A stretch of 64,000 nt of DNA from Candidatus Bathyarchaeota archaeon RBG_16_48_13 (GTDB lineage: Archaea > Thermoproteota > Bathyarchaeia > RBG-16-48-13). This document shows positions 9,373 to 18,143 of the stretch, piece after piece. The stretch covers positions 123,761 to 187,760 of the forward strand of contig MEZH01000007.1 in the NCBI GenBank assembly GCA_001775995.1, given 5' to 3'. A program made the translations under genes and the position numbers. Within the stretch, counting starts at the first letter, position 1. The number at the start of each line of letters is the position of its first letter. Under the pieces are notes generated by a model that worked only from the letters and a program-made list of their open reading frames with translations, made no database searches and was not told where the DNA came from.

Positions 9373-10236
9373 TTAATCCTCCAGAACACATGTTTCTTCG
9401 TCGTATCTCTTATTCTTGAATCCGCTCCTGAGAGGGGTAAAAGTTGGTCTTCTATTTCTTAGATGATTGACTAACCATGAGTCAGCCTCTTCCACGGATA
9501 TTGAGATATCGGTGAGAAGGTCCAATGGAACTTCTATGTTGATAGGGCGGGCGGGAATTATATGGCGGGTAGCTTTGGGAGAAAAAAGTCGGCCAGACTT
9601 GGCGACGCCAATGACCTCGCTTTTTTTTATTACTGGTGTCATCAAGACCAAATCGACCCCGCCAAGTCGCAGTTTCTTCATGGACTCGAATTCTGTTTCG
9701 TATCTGACGGAGCAACCTTCAGCAACCAACGCTTCCTCTATCAAGTTGATCACATCGTAGGATTCATCTATGCGCTTGATTTCAGACCCCACCGTATACG
9801 ACTTGTTGTTGCTGGCTAGAATTGCAGTTATTTCTCTGGCCTTCAGACCATTGAAGGCATCATCTAGTCTTGAAGAAGAAGAAGAATCAATGCCTAGTTC
9901 AGTTATTGATGCGATCAAGCTCTCAATGGGCTGAGGCGTTCTAAATGTCCGGTACCACGCGGCCAAATCGATTGACGGGTCTGAGTAGTCAATGAGGCAA
10001 GCAGAGATCCTCAGGCAATGGAGATTCTTGAGCGCGGAGACTCTATGCATTCCATCTAATACAACAAGGGAGTTTCTGTCAACCGTAACTGGCTGAGAGA
10101 AATAGCCTTGTTCTCTTATACACCTGGAGAGCTCATTGAGTATGTTGAGACGGGTCTCTTCATGAGGAGCTATCGAACTCATATCGAGGATTCCCAATCC
10201 CAGATTCAAACCCTTGCATCTAAAGTTCAGGGGCAA
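9373..10236 (-). CDS. ParB/Sulfiredoxin-fold protein with DGQHR-like motif (possibly SerK-like kinase)
   Basis: The motif 'VVLDGMHRVSAL' resembles the ParB/Srx/DndB 'DGQHR' nucleotide-binding motif. Length 287 aa. Function is inferred only from the fold motif. Confidence 0.45.
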   Translation of the reverse strand: MPLNFRCKGLNLGLGILDMSSIAPHEETRLNILNELSRCIREQGYFSQPVTVDRNSLVVLDGMHRVSALKNLHCLRISACLIDYSDPSIDLAAWYRTFRTPQPIESLIASITELGIDSSSSSRLDDAFNGLKAREITAILASNNKSYTVGSEIKRIDESYDVINLIEEALVAEGCSVRYETEFESMKKLRLGGVDLVLMTPVIKKSEVIGVAKSGRLFSPKATRHIIPARPINIEVPLDLLTDISISVEEADSWLVNHLRNRRPTFTPLRSGFKNKRYDEETCVLED

Positions 10237-10241
10237 AGAGA

Positions 10242-11204
10242 TCAGCCTGTTGACAGCACTTTGATTTGCTTGTTGACGTACTTACCATCTAGCAGTTTCA
10301 AGGCACCTCTGAGCGTTGGAGCTGAGGTTGTTCCTTTAGATTGAAGCGTTACAGCTGCGACAGCATTTGCGAAACGTGCTACTTTCTTCAAGGACCATTT
10401 CTTGACTAGACCATAGATGAACCCTGCATCAAAAGCATCGCCCGCGCCAGTGGTGTCCACTACGGGAACTCTATATGATGGGACATGTATTTCCTCTCCT
10501 GCGCAAGTCTTTATCAGACATCCCATGGGTCCCAATTTAATGACCGCTGTTCCTACTCCCATATCAAGGAGTGCGGATGCTGATTCAGCAGGATCTGCCT
10601 TACCGGTTATCATTTCGGCCTCCTTTTCATTGGGTAAGAAGAAATCAACGAATTCCAGTAGATTGTTCACACTCCAAAGGCCTTTTACATCCCATGCCAC
10701 GTCAAAGGTCGTCACAAGTCCGAGTTCTTTGGCTTTCTTCAATATCTCCTCAGCGGGCTTCCCCTCAAGATCCGGGACCAAGTAGTAGGCACTCAGGTGA
10801 AAGATTTTAGCACTGGGAAATCTCTCAAGAGTTATATCTTCAACTTTGAGGCTAGAGTTGGCGCCTATGTAGTGGATAACGCCTCGTTCCCCTTGGAGGT
10901 TGGACGCAATCAACGAGACAGAAGTTGGAATCTCACAGAATGATACATTGGAGACATTAATCTTCTTTTTTCTTAAGGAATTCAGCAGGGCTCGTCCAAG
11001 TGTATCCCGTCCGACTTTGCCGATTAGGGCAGTATTTATCCCCAACTTCGTCAGACAGATGGCGAAATTCGCAGCATTTCCACCTATGATCGGTTCTATA
11101 GCAGCCCTTGTTTCAACATGTTCGCCCCATTCAGGGAACATCCTGATATTAGTGGCTATAAAGTCTGCAACGATGTTTCCTACAGCTATGACTTGACTAT
11201 GCAA
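10242..11204 (-). CDS. PfkB-family carbohydrate/nucleoside kinase
   Basis: N-terminal GG motif 'IIGGNAANFAI' and C-terminal 'VVDTTGAGDAFDAG' ribokinase-family anion-hole motif. Confidence 0.8.
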   Translation of the reverse strand: MHSQVIAVGNIVADFIATNIRMFPEWGEHVETRAAIEPIIGGNAANFAICLTKLGINTALIGKVGRDTLGRALLNSLRKKKINVSNVSFCEIPTSVSLIASNLQGERGVIHYIGANSSLKVEDITLERFPSAKIFHLSAYYLVPDLEGKPAEEILKKAKELGLVTTFDVAWDVKGLWSVNNLLEFVDFFLPNEKEAEMITGKADPAESASALLDMGVGTAVIKLGPMGCLIKTCAGEEIHVPSYRVPVVDTTGAGDAFDAGFIYGLVKKWSLKKVARFANAVAAVTLQSKGTTSAPTLRGALKLLDGKYVNKQIKVLSTG

Positions 11205-11230
11205 TTCTCTCCCTTACATAAGAAGAAGCT

Positions 11231-11449
11231 TCACGCAGACGGCGTTTCCGCACCTTCTTCCTTCATCTCAATCCTCTTGAGTCGTGATATGTAGCCAGCC
11301 ACTTTGTTTCTGATCGTTTTTGTGGAACCGATTGCCAGTTCCTCGACAAGACGTTTATTCGTATCGAAATCGGTCGTAAACTTATCATGATGTTTGTTCA
11401 TCAAATCTTTTGCCAAGTTCTTAACGGATTCTGTACGGACTTTTCCCAA
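11231..11449 (-). CDS. rps17e: 30S ribosomal protein S17e
   Basis: 'MGKVRTESVKNLAKDLMNKHHDKFTTDFDTNKRLV' matches the S17e N-terminus. Length 72 aa. Confidence 0.85.
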   Translation of the reverse strand: MGKVRTESVKNLAKDLMNKHHDKFTTDFDTNKRLVEELAIGSTKTIRNKVAGYISRLKRIEMKEEGAETPSA

Positions 11450-11553
11450 TCGAAAACCTCAGAGTCTAAGTTTTTGTAGAATCATTCCTCATTTGAATAG
11501 CCCTTTTTAATGTTTGCCTTTTTATAAGGATTGGCTTAACTTATGTACAGAAT

Positions 11554-12342
11554 TCAAAGAAAGAACTCTTGAAAGTTTTCGAATACCTGAGAAAGGACCT
11601 CTTCAGCATTTCTTTGCTTTATTCTAACTATGGTGTCAAGAACATCTGGAATGAATGAAGGAGAGGTTAATCTCCCTTTGAATGGCCCTTTGTAAGGTAC
11701 AGGACCGTCCGTCTCTGTCAATATGTGATTGAGAGGCATTGTGGCCACTAGATCTTGGAGATATCTTGCGTAGAGAATTGATGGGCCAACAGATACATAA
11801 TAGCCTCTTTCTATTATCTCATGTAGAGAATCTTGGGGGCCACTATACCAATGAAGAAGGACTTTGGGAATATTGTAAGAAGAGAGAACCTTCAAGACTT
11901 CTGTGGCGGATCCCCTGGAATGCACTATGATCGGAAGATCATGAGATTCCGCAGCCCTCAGCATCTCATTGAATACGGGGAACTGATTTTTGTTTACCTC
12001 GCCTTCATTGAGTCTTCTATCTAGCCCCACTTCTCCTATAGCGACAATCCCACTCAGGTTCTGCTCGATCAAGCTCAAGGTTTTGTCAAGTTCCTGTTCG
12101 TCGAGGGAGGATACCCTGCTTGGGTGGATACCTATTGCTGCATATGTTCGGGGTGAATACTTGCTGGCAATCTGTAATGTGTCAAGACTGGTTTGGTAAT
12201 TTTCAGCGCATATGACGATAGCTGAGACTCCCGCAGTTTCCGCATCCCTCAGAACAGCTTCAATTGTGCTCTCATAGAGTGGATCATAAAGATGAATATG
12301 AACATCGACGTACCTTTTCTGAACACCGTAATCCAAGACCAA
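11554..12342 (-). CDS. tatD: TatD-family metal-dependent hydrolase/DNase
   Basis: 'VDVHIHL' N-terminal metal motif. The His/Asp/Glu pattern ('HSRGS', 'ETDGP') is typical of TatD TIM-barrel hydrolases. Confidence 0.8.
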   Translation of the reverse strand: MVLDYGVQKRYVDVHIHLYDPLYESTIEAVLRDAETAGVSAIVICAENYQTSLDTLQIASKYSPRTYAAIGIHPSRVSSLDEQELDKTLSLIEQNLSGIVAIGEVGLDRRLNEGEVNKNQFPVFNEMLRAAESHDLPIIVHSRGSATEVLKVLSSYNIPKVLLHWYSGPQDSLHEIIERGYYVSVGPSILYARYLQDLVATMPLNHILTETDGPVPYKGPFKGRLTSPSFIPDVLDTIVRIKQRNAEEVLSQVFENFQEFFL

Positions 12343-12455
12343 AGCTCCTACGTCTTAATCTTTTATGGTCCATTAAGACGGAATAATTGAAAGGTGGCAA
12401 TATTTTAGACTTTTTCCTCAAAAGAGAGTAGTACGCGCTTATTTGTCCCATTAAC

Positions 12456-12467
12456 CTTAAATAATAT
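12456..12467 (+). promoter_or_regulatory. Putative TATA box (cttaaataatat) about 30-38 nt upstream of the histone start codon
   Basis: An AT-rich TATA-like element sits at the expected spacing for an archaeal promoter with a short leader. Confidence 0.3.
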
Positions 12468-12494
12468 CTTAACAGAGAAAAATATGGGATTTTC

Positions 12495-12716
12495 ATGGGA
12501 GAAGAAGATTTGCAGTTAGCTCCTATGCACCGGATAATAAAAAAGGCAGGAGCCAAAAGGGTTAGCGAAGATGGCGCGGAAGAGTTGAGAAAGGTCCTTG
12601 AAAGGGTTGGAATAAAGATCTCCAAGGAAGCGATAGATTTCGCAAATCATGCCAAGCGAAAGACCGTGAAGTCTGAAGACATAGAAATCGCAGCCAAGAA
12701 AGTCTTGAAAGAATAG
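12495..12716 (+). CDS. Archaeal histone (HMf-like histone fold)
   Basis: 'LAPMHRIIKKAGAKRVSEDGAEELRKVLE...ANHAKRKTVKSEDIEIAAKK' aligns with HMfB 'IAPIGRIIKDAGAERVSDDA...ARHAGRKTIKAEDIELA'. Confidence 0.8.
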   Translation: MGEEDLQLAPMHRIIKKAGAKRVSEDGAEELRKVLERVGIKISKEAIDFANHAKRKTVKSEDIEIAAKKVLKE

Positions 12717-12845
12717 AACGATTAATTCTAATATTATTTTCACTTTTTATCCCTCATGTTCGATACATTATGAATAGGTAGTTCTGATACCAACATTGCT
12801 TAACCGTAATGCTCATTAATGTGTTCAATTCTTTCCCAAATCTGT

Positions 12846-12963
12846 GCTCCGGTAGTATAGCTCGGTCAAGTATTTTGGCCTCTCGTAATATGTTGGAGAA
12901 AGCCAGAAACGCGGGTTCAAAAGCGCGGAGTGAAACCGGTTGAAAATCCCGCCCGGAGCACCA
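12846..12963 (+). tRNA. tRNA-Glu(CUC) with two BHB introns (12886..12900 at 37/38; 12922..12946 at 59/60), CCA encoded
   Basis: Acceptor GCTCCGG/CCGGAGC, discriminator A, CCA. Anticodon stem TTGGC/GCCAG with loop C-T-CTC-G[intron]A. T-stem GCGGG/CCCGC with T-loop TTCAAA[intron]T. Both introns fold into bulge-helix-bulge motifs (central helices CUCU/GGAG and UUCA/UGAA, with each cut 2 nt after the helix). The mature RNA is 78 nt including CCA. Confidence 0.6.
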
Positions 12964-13009
12964 ATTCCAATATGCTAGCATCAACCATTGCCATGATAGA
13001 GGTATTGAA

Positions 13010-13606
13010 ATGGAGATGAAGGGTAAGCCCATAATTGTCGTCACTGGAACTCCAGGTGTCGGAAAGACAGCCGTGTCGAGTTATTTGGCAGCAGGACTGA
13101 AAGCAGTTCATTTGGATCTGGCAGAGATAGCAAAAAGAAGTGAATTCTATATCGCCAAAGATCCTCAAAGGGAGACATTCATAGTTGACATTGAAAGACT
13201 GACCGAAAATGTGGAAAGCCGCCTTAAGAATGCCAGTTCGAGAATCGTAGTGTCTGGGCACTACGCTATGGACGTTATCTCACCGAGACATAATGTTAAG
13301 GTCTTTGTCTTAAGGTGCGACCCTCAAGAACTAAAAAAGCGATTGGAAAAAAAGGGGTTTGGTCCTAGGAAAGTCGCAGAAAACGTCCAGGCCGAAATCC
13401 TCGACATCTGTTTCTTCGACGCAGCAGGAGTCTACGGAGAAGACAATGTCTACCAAATTGATGTCACTAAGAAAAACATCGTGGAGGTGTGTGCCGAAAT
13501 CCAAGATTTGCTGGAAAACAGAGTAGCGCCTGAGAAAAAGGTCGATTGGTTGGGAGAATTAGAGGCGTTAGGAGTCTTGGATGACTTTTTCCGATTAAAA
13601 AGATGA
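13010..13606 (+). CDS. Adenylate kinase isoenzyme 6 / Fap7-like P-loop NTPase
   Basis: 'IIVVTGTPGVGKTAV' Walker A at the extreme N-terminus. The ~190-aa size is typical of archaeal AK6/Fap7. Confidence 0.65.
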   Translation: MEMKGKPIIVVTGTPGVGKTAVSSYLAAGLKAVHLDLAEIAKRSEFYIAKDPQRETFIVDIERLTENVESRLKNASSRIVVSGHYAMDVISPRHNVKVFVLRCDPQELKKRLEKKGFGPRKVAENVQAEILDICFFDAAGVYGEDNVYQIDVTKKNIVEVCAEIQDLLENRVAPEKKVDWLGELEALGVLDDFFRLKR

Positions 13607-13610
13607 TGTT

Positions 13611-13832
13611 ATGTACTTTATCTTACCTTGCTACGGGTGTGGAAATCTCCTAATAGTAGAGGAGGAGCAGAAGACTAAGAGGTGCCCTTACTGCAATTGC
13701 CTTCTAAATCTGAGCAAGACCAGAATTCTCAGAAGGGTGTCAACATCTAGAGAAGCATCGAGGATAGTGAGAGAGATGAAATTGGCAAAGGGATGCGTCT
13801 CTGATAAAGAGAATCTCATCGAAAAGGAGTAA
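13611..13832 (+). CDS. Small zinc-ribbon protein (CxxC...CxxC)
   Basis: Paired 'CYGC' and 'CPYC' motifs. The gene sits 5 nt downstream of the Fap7-like gene. Confidence 0.4.
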   Translation: MYFILPCYGCGNLLIVEEEQKTKRCPYCNCLLNLSKTRILRRVSTSREASRIVREMKLAKGCVSDKENLIEKE

Positions 13833-13913
13833 GAACAGAGATTATTACTGTGTTTATTAAGGTCTTCTTGACTATTGAATCTACAGCTAGCCTAGAAACA
13901 GGAGCCATACTGC

Positions 13914-14339
13914 ATGTCCGCAATGGTAGGAAGGAAGTTTTTTGATGAACTGGCCGCGCAGATTCAGAAGAGAGTCAATTTAATCACAATAAATGCTAAG
14001 AACTATTCGGGAATTCTTGTTGGTTATGACCAAGAGTCTATGAGTGTATGTCTTGCTGACGCCAAGGACGATGCGGGAAGAATATTCCAAAGACTATTCA
14101 TCAATGGAAGAATCATTGCTGAGATACAATCAATGGAAAAAGCATTTGATCTCAAAGGCTTGGCTGACAGACTTGAGAAGTACTTCCCGAAGATGGTGAA
14201 GCTTTACGAAGAGGGCAACGTCATAATGGTCATGAACAAGATAAGGGTGGGTGAGAAAGGTATAATAGAAGGAAGCGGGCCTGCGGCTGAGCGCGTCCAA
14301 AGAGTCTATGAGGAATTCCTGAAGGAACAAACCAAGTAA
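13914..14339 (+). CDS. Sm-like (LSm) domain protein with C-terminal extension (SmAP3-like)
   Basis: Sm1-like 'ITINAKNYSGILVGYDQESMSVCLADA' and Sm2-like 'RLFINGRIIAEI' segments, followed by a ~70-aa C-terminal domain. Confidence 0.5.
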   Translation: MSAMVGRKFFDELAAQIQKRVNLITINAKNYSGILVGYDQESMSVCLADAKDDAGRIFQRLFINGRIIAEIQSMEKAFDLKGLADRLEKYFPKMVKLYEEGNVIMVMNKIRVGEKGIIEGSGPAAERVQRVYEEFLKEQTK

Positions 14340-14367
14340 TCAATGACCCAAGAGATTTCTAACTTTA

Positions 14368-16041
14368 TTGGCAGATGCCTTTTTTGATCTTCTCTTTTGG
14401 GTAGTATTCAGAGGTTCGGAATTGTCTTTTGAAATAGCAGAAAGGGATTTGGCAGGAAGAATCGGCAAACTCAGAACCAAAAGCGGCGAAGTGGAAACCC
14501 CTGCCCTGCTTCCAGTGATAAATCCCTTACTTCAGCCAATCTCCCCCAAGATCCTAAAGGATAGATTCGCGTTCAAAGCGCTGATCACTAATGCGTACAT
14601 AATTTCAAAGAACTTAAAGGAAGAAGCTGTTAGTCTCGGAATCCATAGGATTCTTGATTTCGACCGCGTGATAATGACTGACTCGGGAGCATATCAGAAT
14701 CTCATTTACGGAAAAGTGGACACGACAGTGGAGGAGATAACAAGATTCCAAGAGGACATAGGGACCGACATAGCTGTGATACTAGATGTGCCAACTGGTT
14801 GGAAGACCACCAGAGAAAAAGCTGCTTGGTCAGTAGAGGAAACATTGAGACGCGCCCAAAGAACCATCAAGATAAGAAATGACAACGGAATCTTGTGGGT
14901 TGGCCCGATACAAGGTGGCCGCTATCTGGAACTCGTCACATATTCTGCGAAGAGAATGGGTGAGTTGCCCTTCGATATTTACGCTTTAGGAAGCCCCACT
15001 AAGATCATGGAGCAGTATTTTTTTGATATTCTTGTGGATATGATTTTTGTAACAAAGACAAACTTGCCATTAGATCGACCACTTCACCTTTTTGGAGCGG
15101 GTCATCCGTTGGTTTTCGCCATGGCTGTGGCGTTGGGATGCGATCTTTTTGACTCTGCTGCGTATGCACTTTATGCACGAAATGGAAGATATATGACAGA
15201 GTATGGAACAAGTAGAATCGAAAAGTTGGAATATTTGCCGTGCTCGTGTTCAATATGTTCAAAATATAGCCCTAGCGAAATAAGAGATATGTTTCCGAAG
15301 GATAGGGAAAAGGCATTAGCTGAACACAACATATACCAATGTCAAGCTGAGATACGGCGTATAAAACAATCCATAGTTGAGGGGCGCCTATGGGAACTCC
15401 TTGAGTCGAGGGCAAGAAGTCATCCGACCCTGCTGCAGGCATTTCGAAAATTCGACAAATACTCGACGTATCTTGAGAAAAACACCCCTACTTCAAAAAG
15501 AAGAGGGCTCTTCTATTTTGATTCAAGTGGAATTTCGAGACCTGAGATCGTTCGCCATAGAAGACAGATCTCGGAAAAATATGTGACGCCAGAAGAGAGG
15601 AAGTTACTGTTGTTGCTTCCTCAGACCCTGAATAAGCCGTTTCACACTACAAACGAGTATGGAAGAGTCTTCAAAACCCTTCGGAGTATTGGGAAGCAAG
15701 AGTACGAGAAGACAGAGATATGCGCTTATGCTGTCCCTTTTGGTGTAGTACCTCTCGAGATTGATGAAATCTACCCCTTGTCCCAGTTCGAGGCGACTTC
15801 TCCCTTTGATGAAGAAAGTGTCAAATATGTTTGTAGCCAAGTGAAGAGCTACATATCGAGCAGAAATTTTACGACGGTCCTATTACACTACGATAGACAG
15901 TGGGGAGCGAATTTGCTGGAGGCTTGTCGCAAGGCCTGTAAACAGACCGGAAAAGACCTTCTGATTAGCTACAGAGGAAAAAGACCTTGGAGCCGCAAAG
16001 CCTTCGAGAAATTGGAAGAGGCCTTAAAAAGCATCAAATAG
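14368..16041 (+). CDS. tgtA: Archaeosine tRNA-guanine transglycosylase (ArcTGT)
   Basis: TGT catalytic-core motifs ('IMTDSGAYQ', 'DIAVILDVPTG', 'LFGAGHP') and the zinc motif 'CSCSICSKY...' are present. The 557-aa length fits ArcTGT. The C-terminus does not look like a PUA domain. Confidence 0.75.
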   Translation: MADAFFDLLFWVVFRGSELSFEIAERDLAGRIGKLRTKSGEVETPALLPVINPLLQPISPKILKDRFAFKALITNAYIISKNLKEEAVSLGIHRILDFDRVIMTDSGAYQNLIYGKVDTTVEEITRFQEDIGTDIAVILDVPTGWKTTREKAAWSVEETLRRAQRTIKIRNDNGILWVGPIQGGRYLELVTYSAKRMGELPFDIYALGSPTKIMEQYFFDILVDMIFVTKTNLPLDRPLHLFGAGHPLVFAMAVALGCDLFDSAAYALYARNGRYMTEYGTSRIEKLEYLPCSCSICSKYSPSEIRDMFPKDREKALAEHNIYQCQAEIRRIKQSIVEGRLWELLESRARSHPTLLQAFRKFDKYSTYLEKNTPTSKRRGLFYFDSSGISRPEIVRHRRQISEKYVTPEERKLLLLLPQTLNKPFHTTNEYGRVFKTLRSIGKQEYEKTEICAYAVPFGVVPLEIDEIYPLSQFEATSPFDEESVKYVCSQVKSYISSRNFTTVLLHYDRQWGANLLEACRKACKQTGKDLLISYRGKRPWSRKAFEKLEEALKSIK

Positions 16042-16083
16042 AACAAACCTTGAATAATATCAAGTCCCGAGAAACGAGTCCAA

Positions 16084-17388
16084 ATGCGAATCATAGCGGA
16101 TCTTCATATTCACAGCAAATTCAGCAGAGCTACAAGTTCCAACATGGAAATCCCAGAAATAGCCCATTACGCCAGATTGAAGGGATTGAATCTAGTTGGA
16201 ACTGGAGATTTCACTCACCCAAACTGGATGAGGATTCTCGAAGAAGGCCTGACAAGCGATGAAACAGGTATTCATAAACCTAAGAACGATCCGCAGTCGC
16301 CTATTCACTTCATACTTGGGACAGAAGTAAGCACCATCTTCGAATTCGAAAACACTACGAGGAAAGTTCATCATGTAATACTTACGCCTTCCTTCGGTGT
16401 GGCAAAGCAGATCATTGAAAGGCTGTCTCATTACGGCGATCTTGTCACTGATGGCAGACCAACACTGAGAATGTCAGCTGCTGAACTTGTTGAGGTGGTT
16501 ACGCAGATATCCTCTGAAAATGAGGTACTACCAGCTCATGCGTGGACTCCCTGGTTCAGCATATTTGGAGCATTTAACGGATTCGACAGACTTGAGGATT
16601 GCTATCAAGACATGTCTAGCAAGATCCACGCCTTGGAGACAGGTCTCTCTTCGGATCCACCAATGAACTGGAGGATAAGCAGCCTTGATCGTCTGGTCCT
16701 AGTTTCGAACAGTGACAGCCATAGCCCTTGGCCCTGGCGCATCGGAAGAGAAGCAAACATTTTTGAATTAAATAAGATGGATTATGGGGAGATCTTAGAG
16801 GCTTTTCGAGCGAAAGATAAGAATAAGCTCATGTGTACTATAGAGACAGGCCCAGAATACGGGAAGTATCATTGGACTGGTCATAGGAACTGCAAATTCT
16901 CAGTTCCGCCTCCTGAGGCCATCGCCCTAAATAATATCTGCCCAATCTGTCATAGGAAGTTGACCAAGGGTGTAGATCAGAGAGTTGAAGAACTCGCGGA
17001 TAGACCTAAGGGTTACAGACTCAGGTCGTCCGCTGATTATGTCCACCTTCTACCCCTCCATGAAATCATAGCAGCGACCTTGAAGATGGAGGCCCTTTCA
17101 AGCCCAAAGATTTGGGACATATACAACTCAGCCATTTCGCATTTCAGCGATGAGTACAACATCCTGCTGAATGCGTCAGAGAAGGAGCTGAACGCCGTAA
17201 TCGATCCTTTGATAGTCAAGGCGATAATGCGAGTCAGAAACGGGCAAGTTAAGATTGAGCCAGGATATGATGGAGTCTACGGAAAGATTGTCCTAGAGGA
17301 AGATGAAGTACCAGAAAAGCGAACCAAGAATACGTCAGTAAGGAAAGAAGAACAGATGAAACTGGACGATTATTCTGAAGGAATATAA
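16084..17388 (+). CDS. Endonuclease Q-like (PHP-domain nuclease with Zn finger)
   Basis: N-terminal PHP motif 'DLHIHSKFSRA...GTGDFTHP' plus a C-terminal 'CPICH' zinc-binding cluster. The ~430-aa size matches EndoQ (TIGR00375-like). Confidence 0.55.
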   Translation: MRIIADLHIHSKFSRATSSNMEIPEIAHYARLKGLNLVGTGDFTHPNWMRILEEGLTSDETGIHKPKNDPQSPIHFILGTEVSTIFEFENTTRKVHHVILTPSFGVAKQIIERLSHYGDLVTDGRPTLRMSAAELVEVVTQISSENEVLPAHAWTPWFSIFGAFNGFDRLEDCYQDMSSKIHALETGLSSDPPMNWRISSLDRLVLVSNSDSHSPWPWRIGREANIFELNKMDYGEILEAFRAKDKNKLMCTIETGPEYGKYHWTGHRNCKFSVPPPEAIALNNICPICHRKLTKGVDQRVEELADRPKGYRLRSSADYVHLLPLHEIIAATLKMEALSSPKIWDIYNSAISHFSDEYNILLNASEKELNAVIDPLIVKAIMRVRNGQVKIEPGYDGVYGKIVLEEDEVPEKRTKNTSVRKEEQMKLDDYSEGI

Positions 17389-17435
17389 CGCACCAAAAAA
17401 GACTTAATGTTTGAAACACCATTTAGCCGTGAAGA

Positions 17436-18128
17436 ATGCGCGGTGAAAACATGAGGAATCTGGGGAAAAGGGTTGACTTTCACACACATACGATTTTCAG
17501 TGATGGAGAACTTGTGCCGGCCGAACTTGTCAGAAGAGCTTGCAGCATGGGTTTCAAAGCGATAGCAATCACTGACCATGTCGATATATCGAATATTGAT
17601 TTGGTGATCCCCAGAATCAAGAGCGTCTCAGAGGAACTGGGCCGCTATTGGGATATTGCAATCATACCAGGCGCTGAATTGACGCATATGCCCCCTGAGA
17701 CGATACCTAGATTGGCAACAAGAGCCCGAGAACTTGGTGCTAGATTCATCGCAGTCCATGGAGAGACATTCATCGAACCAGTTCTCCCAGGTACCAATGA
17801 AGCCGCATGTAGATGTGAAGCCGTTGATATGCTAGCTCACCCAGGTCTGTTAGATAAGCACACAGCCCAACTAGCGAAAAGAAATGACGTTTTTCTTGAA
17901 TTGACTTCAAGAAGCGGCCACTCGTTGACCAATGGACTTGTTGCACGTATCGCCGTGGAACACGAAGTGAATCTTTTGGTAAATACTGATACTCATAAAC
18001 CACTGGACTTGATCGGCCAGAAGGACGCATTTAGTGTCGCGTTGGGAGCGGGGCTCACTGAGGAAAAGGCTTTGGAGATCGTGAGGGATAACCCTGAGAA
18101 GATGCTCAAGAGAATAGCCTCAAAATAG
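17436..18128 (+). CDS. PHP-family metal-dependent phosphoesterase
   Basis: PHP motifs 'VDFHTHTIFSDGE', 'ITDH' and 'AHPG'. It is not Rpp30-like. Confidence 0.6.
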   Translation: MRGENMRNLGKRVDFHTHTIFSDGELVPAELVRRACSMGFKAIAITDHVDISNIDLVIPRIKSVSEELGRYWDIAIIPGAELTHMPPETIPRLATRARELGARFIAVHGETFIEPVLPGTNEAACRCEAVDMLAHPGLLDKHTAQLAKRNDVFLELTSRSGHSLTNGLVARIAVEHEVNLLVNTDTHKPLDLIGQKDAFSVALGAGLTEEKALEIVRDNPEKMLKRIASK

Positions 18129-18143
18129 GAAGAAGAGAACAAA

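Noticed and set aside
17436-18128. RNase P protein Rpp30 identity for the 230-aa PHP protein
   Set aside because: Archaeal Rpp30 lacks the metal-binding HTHT/His motifs that are present here. A generic PHP phosphoesterase is the safer call.
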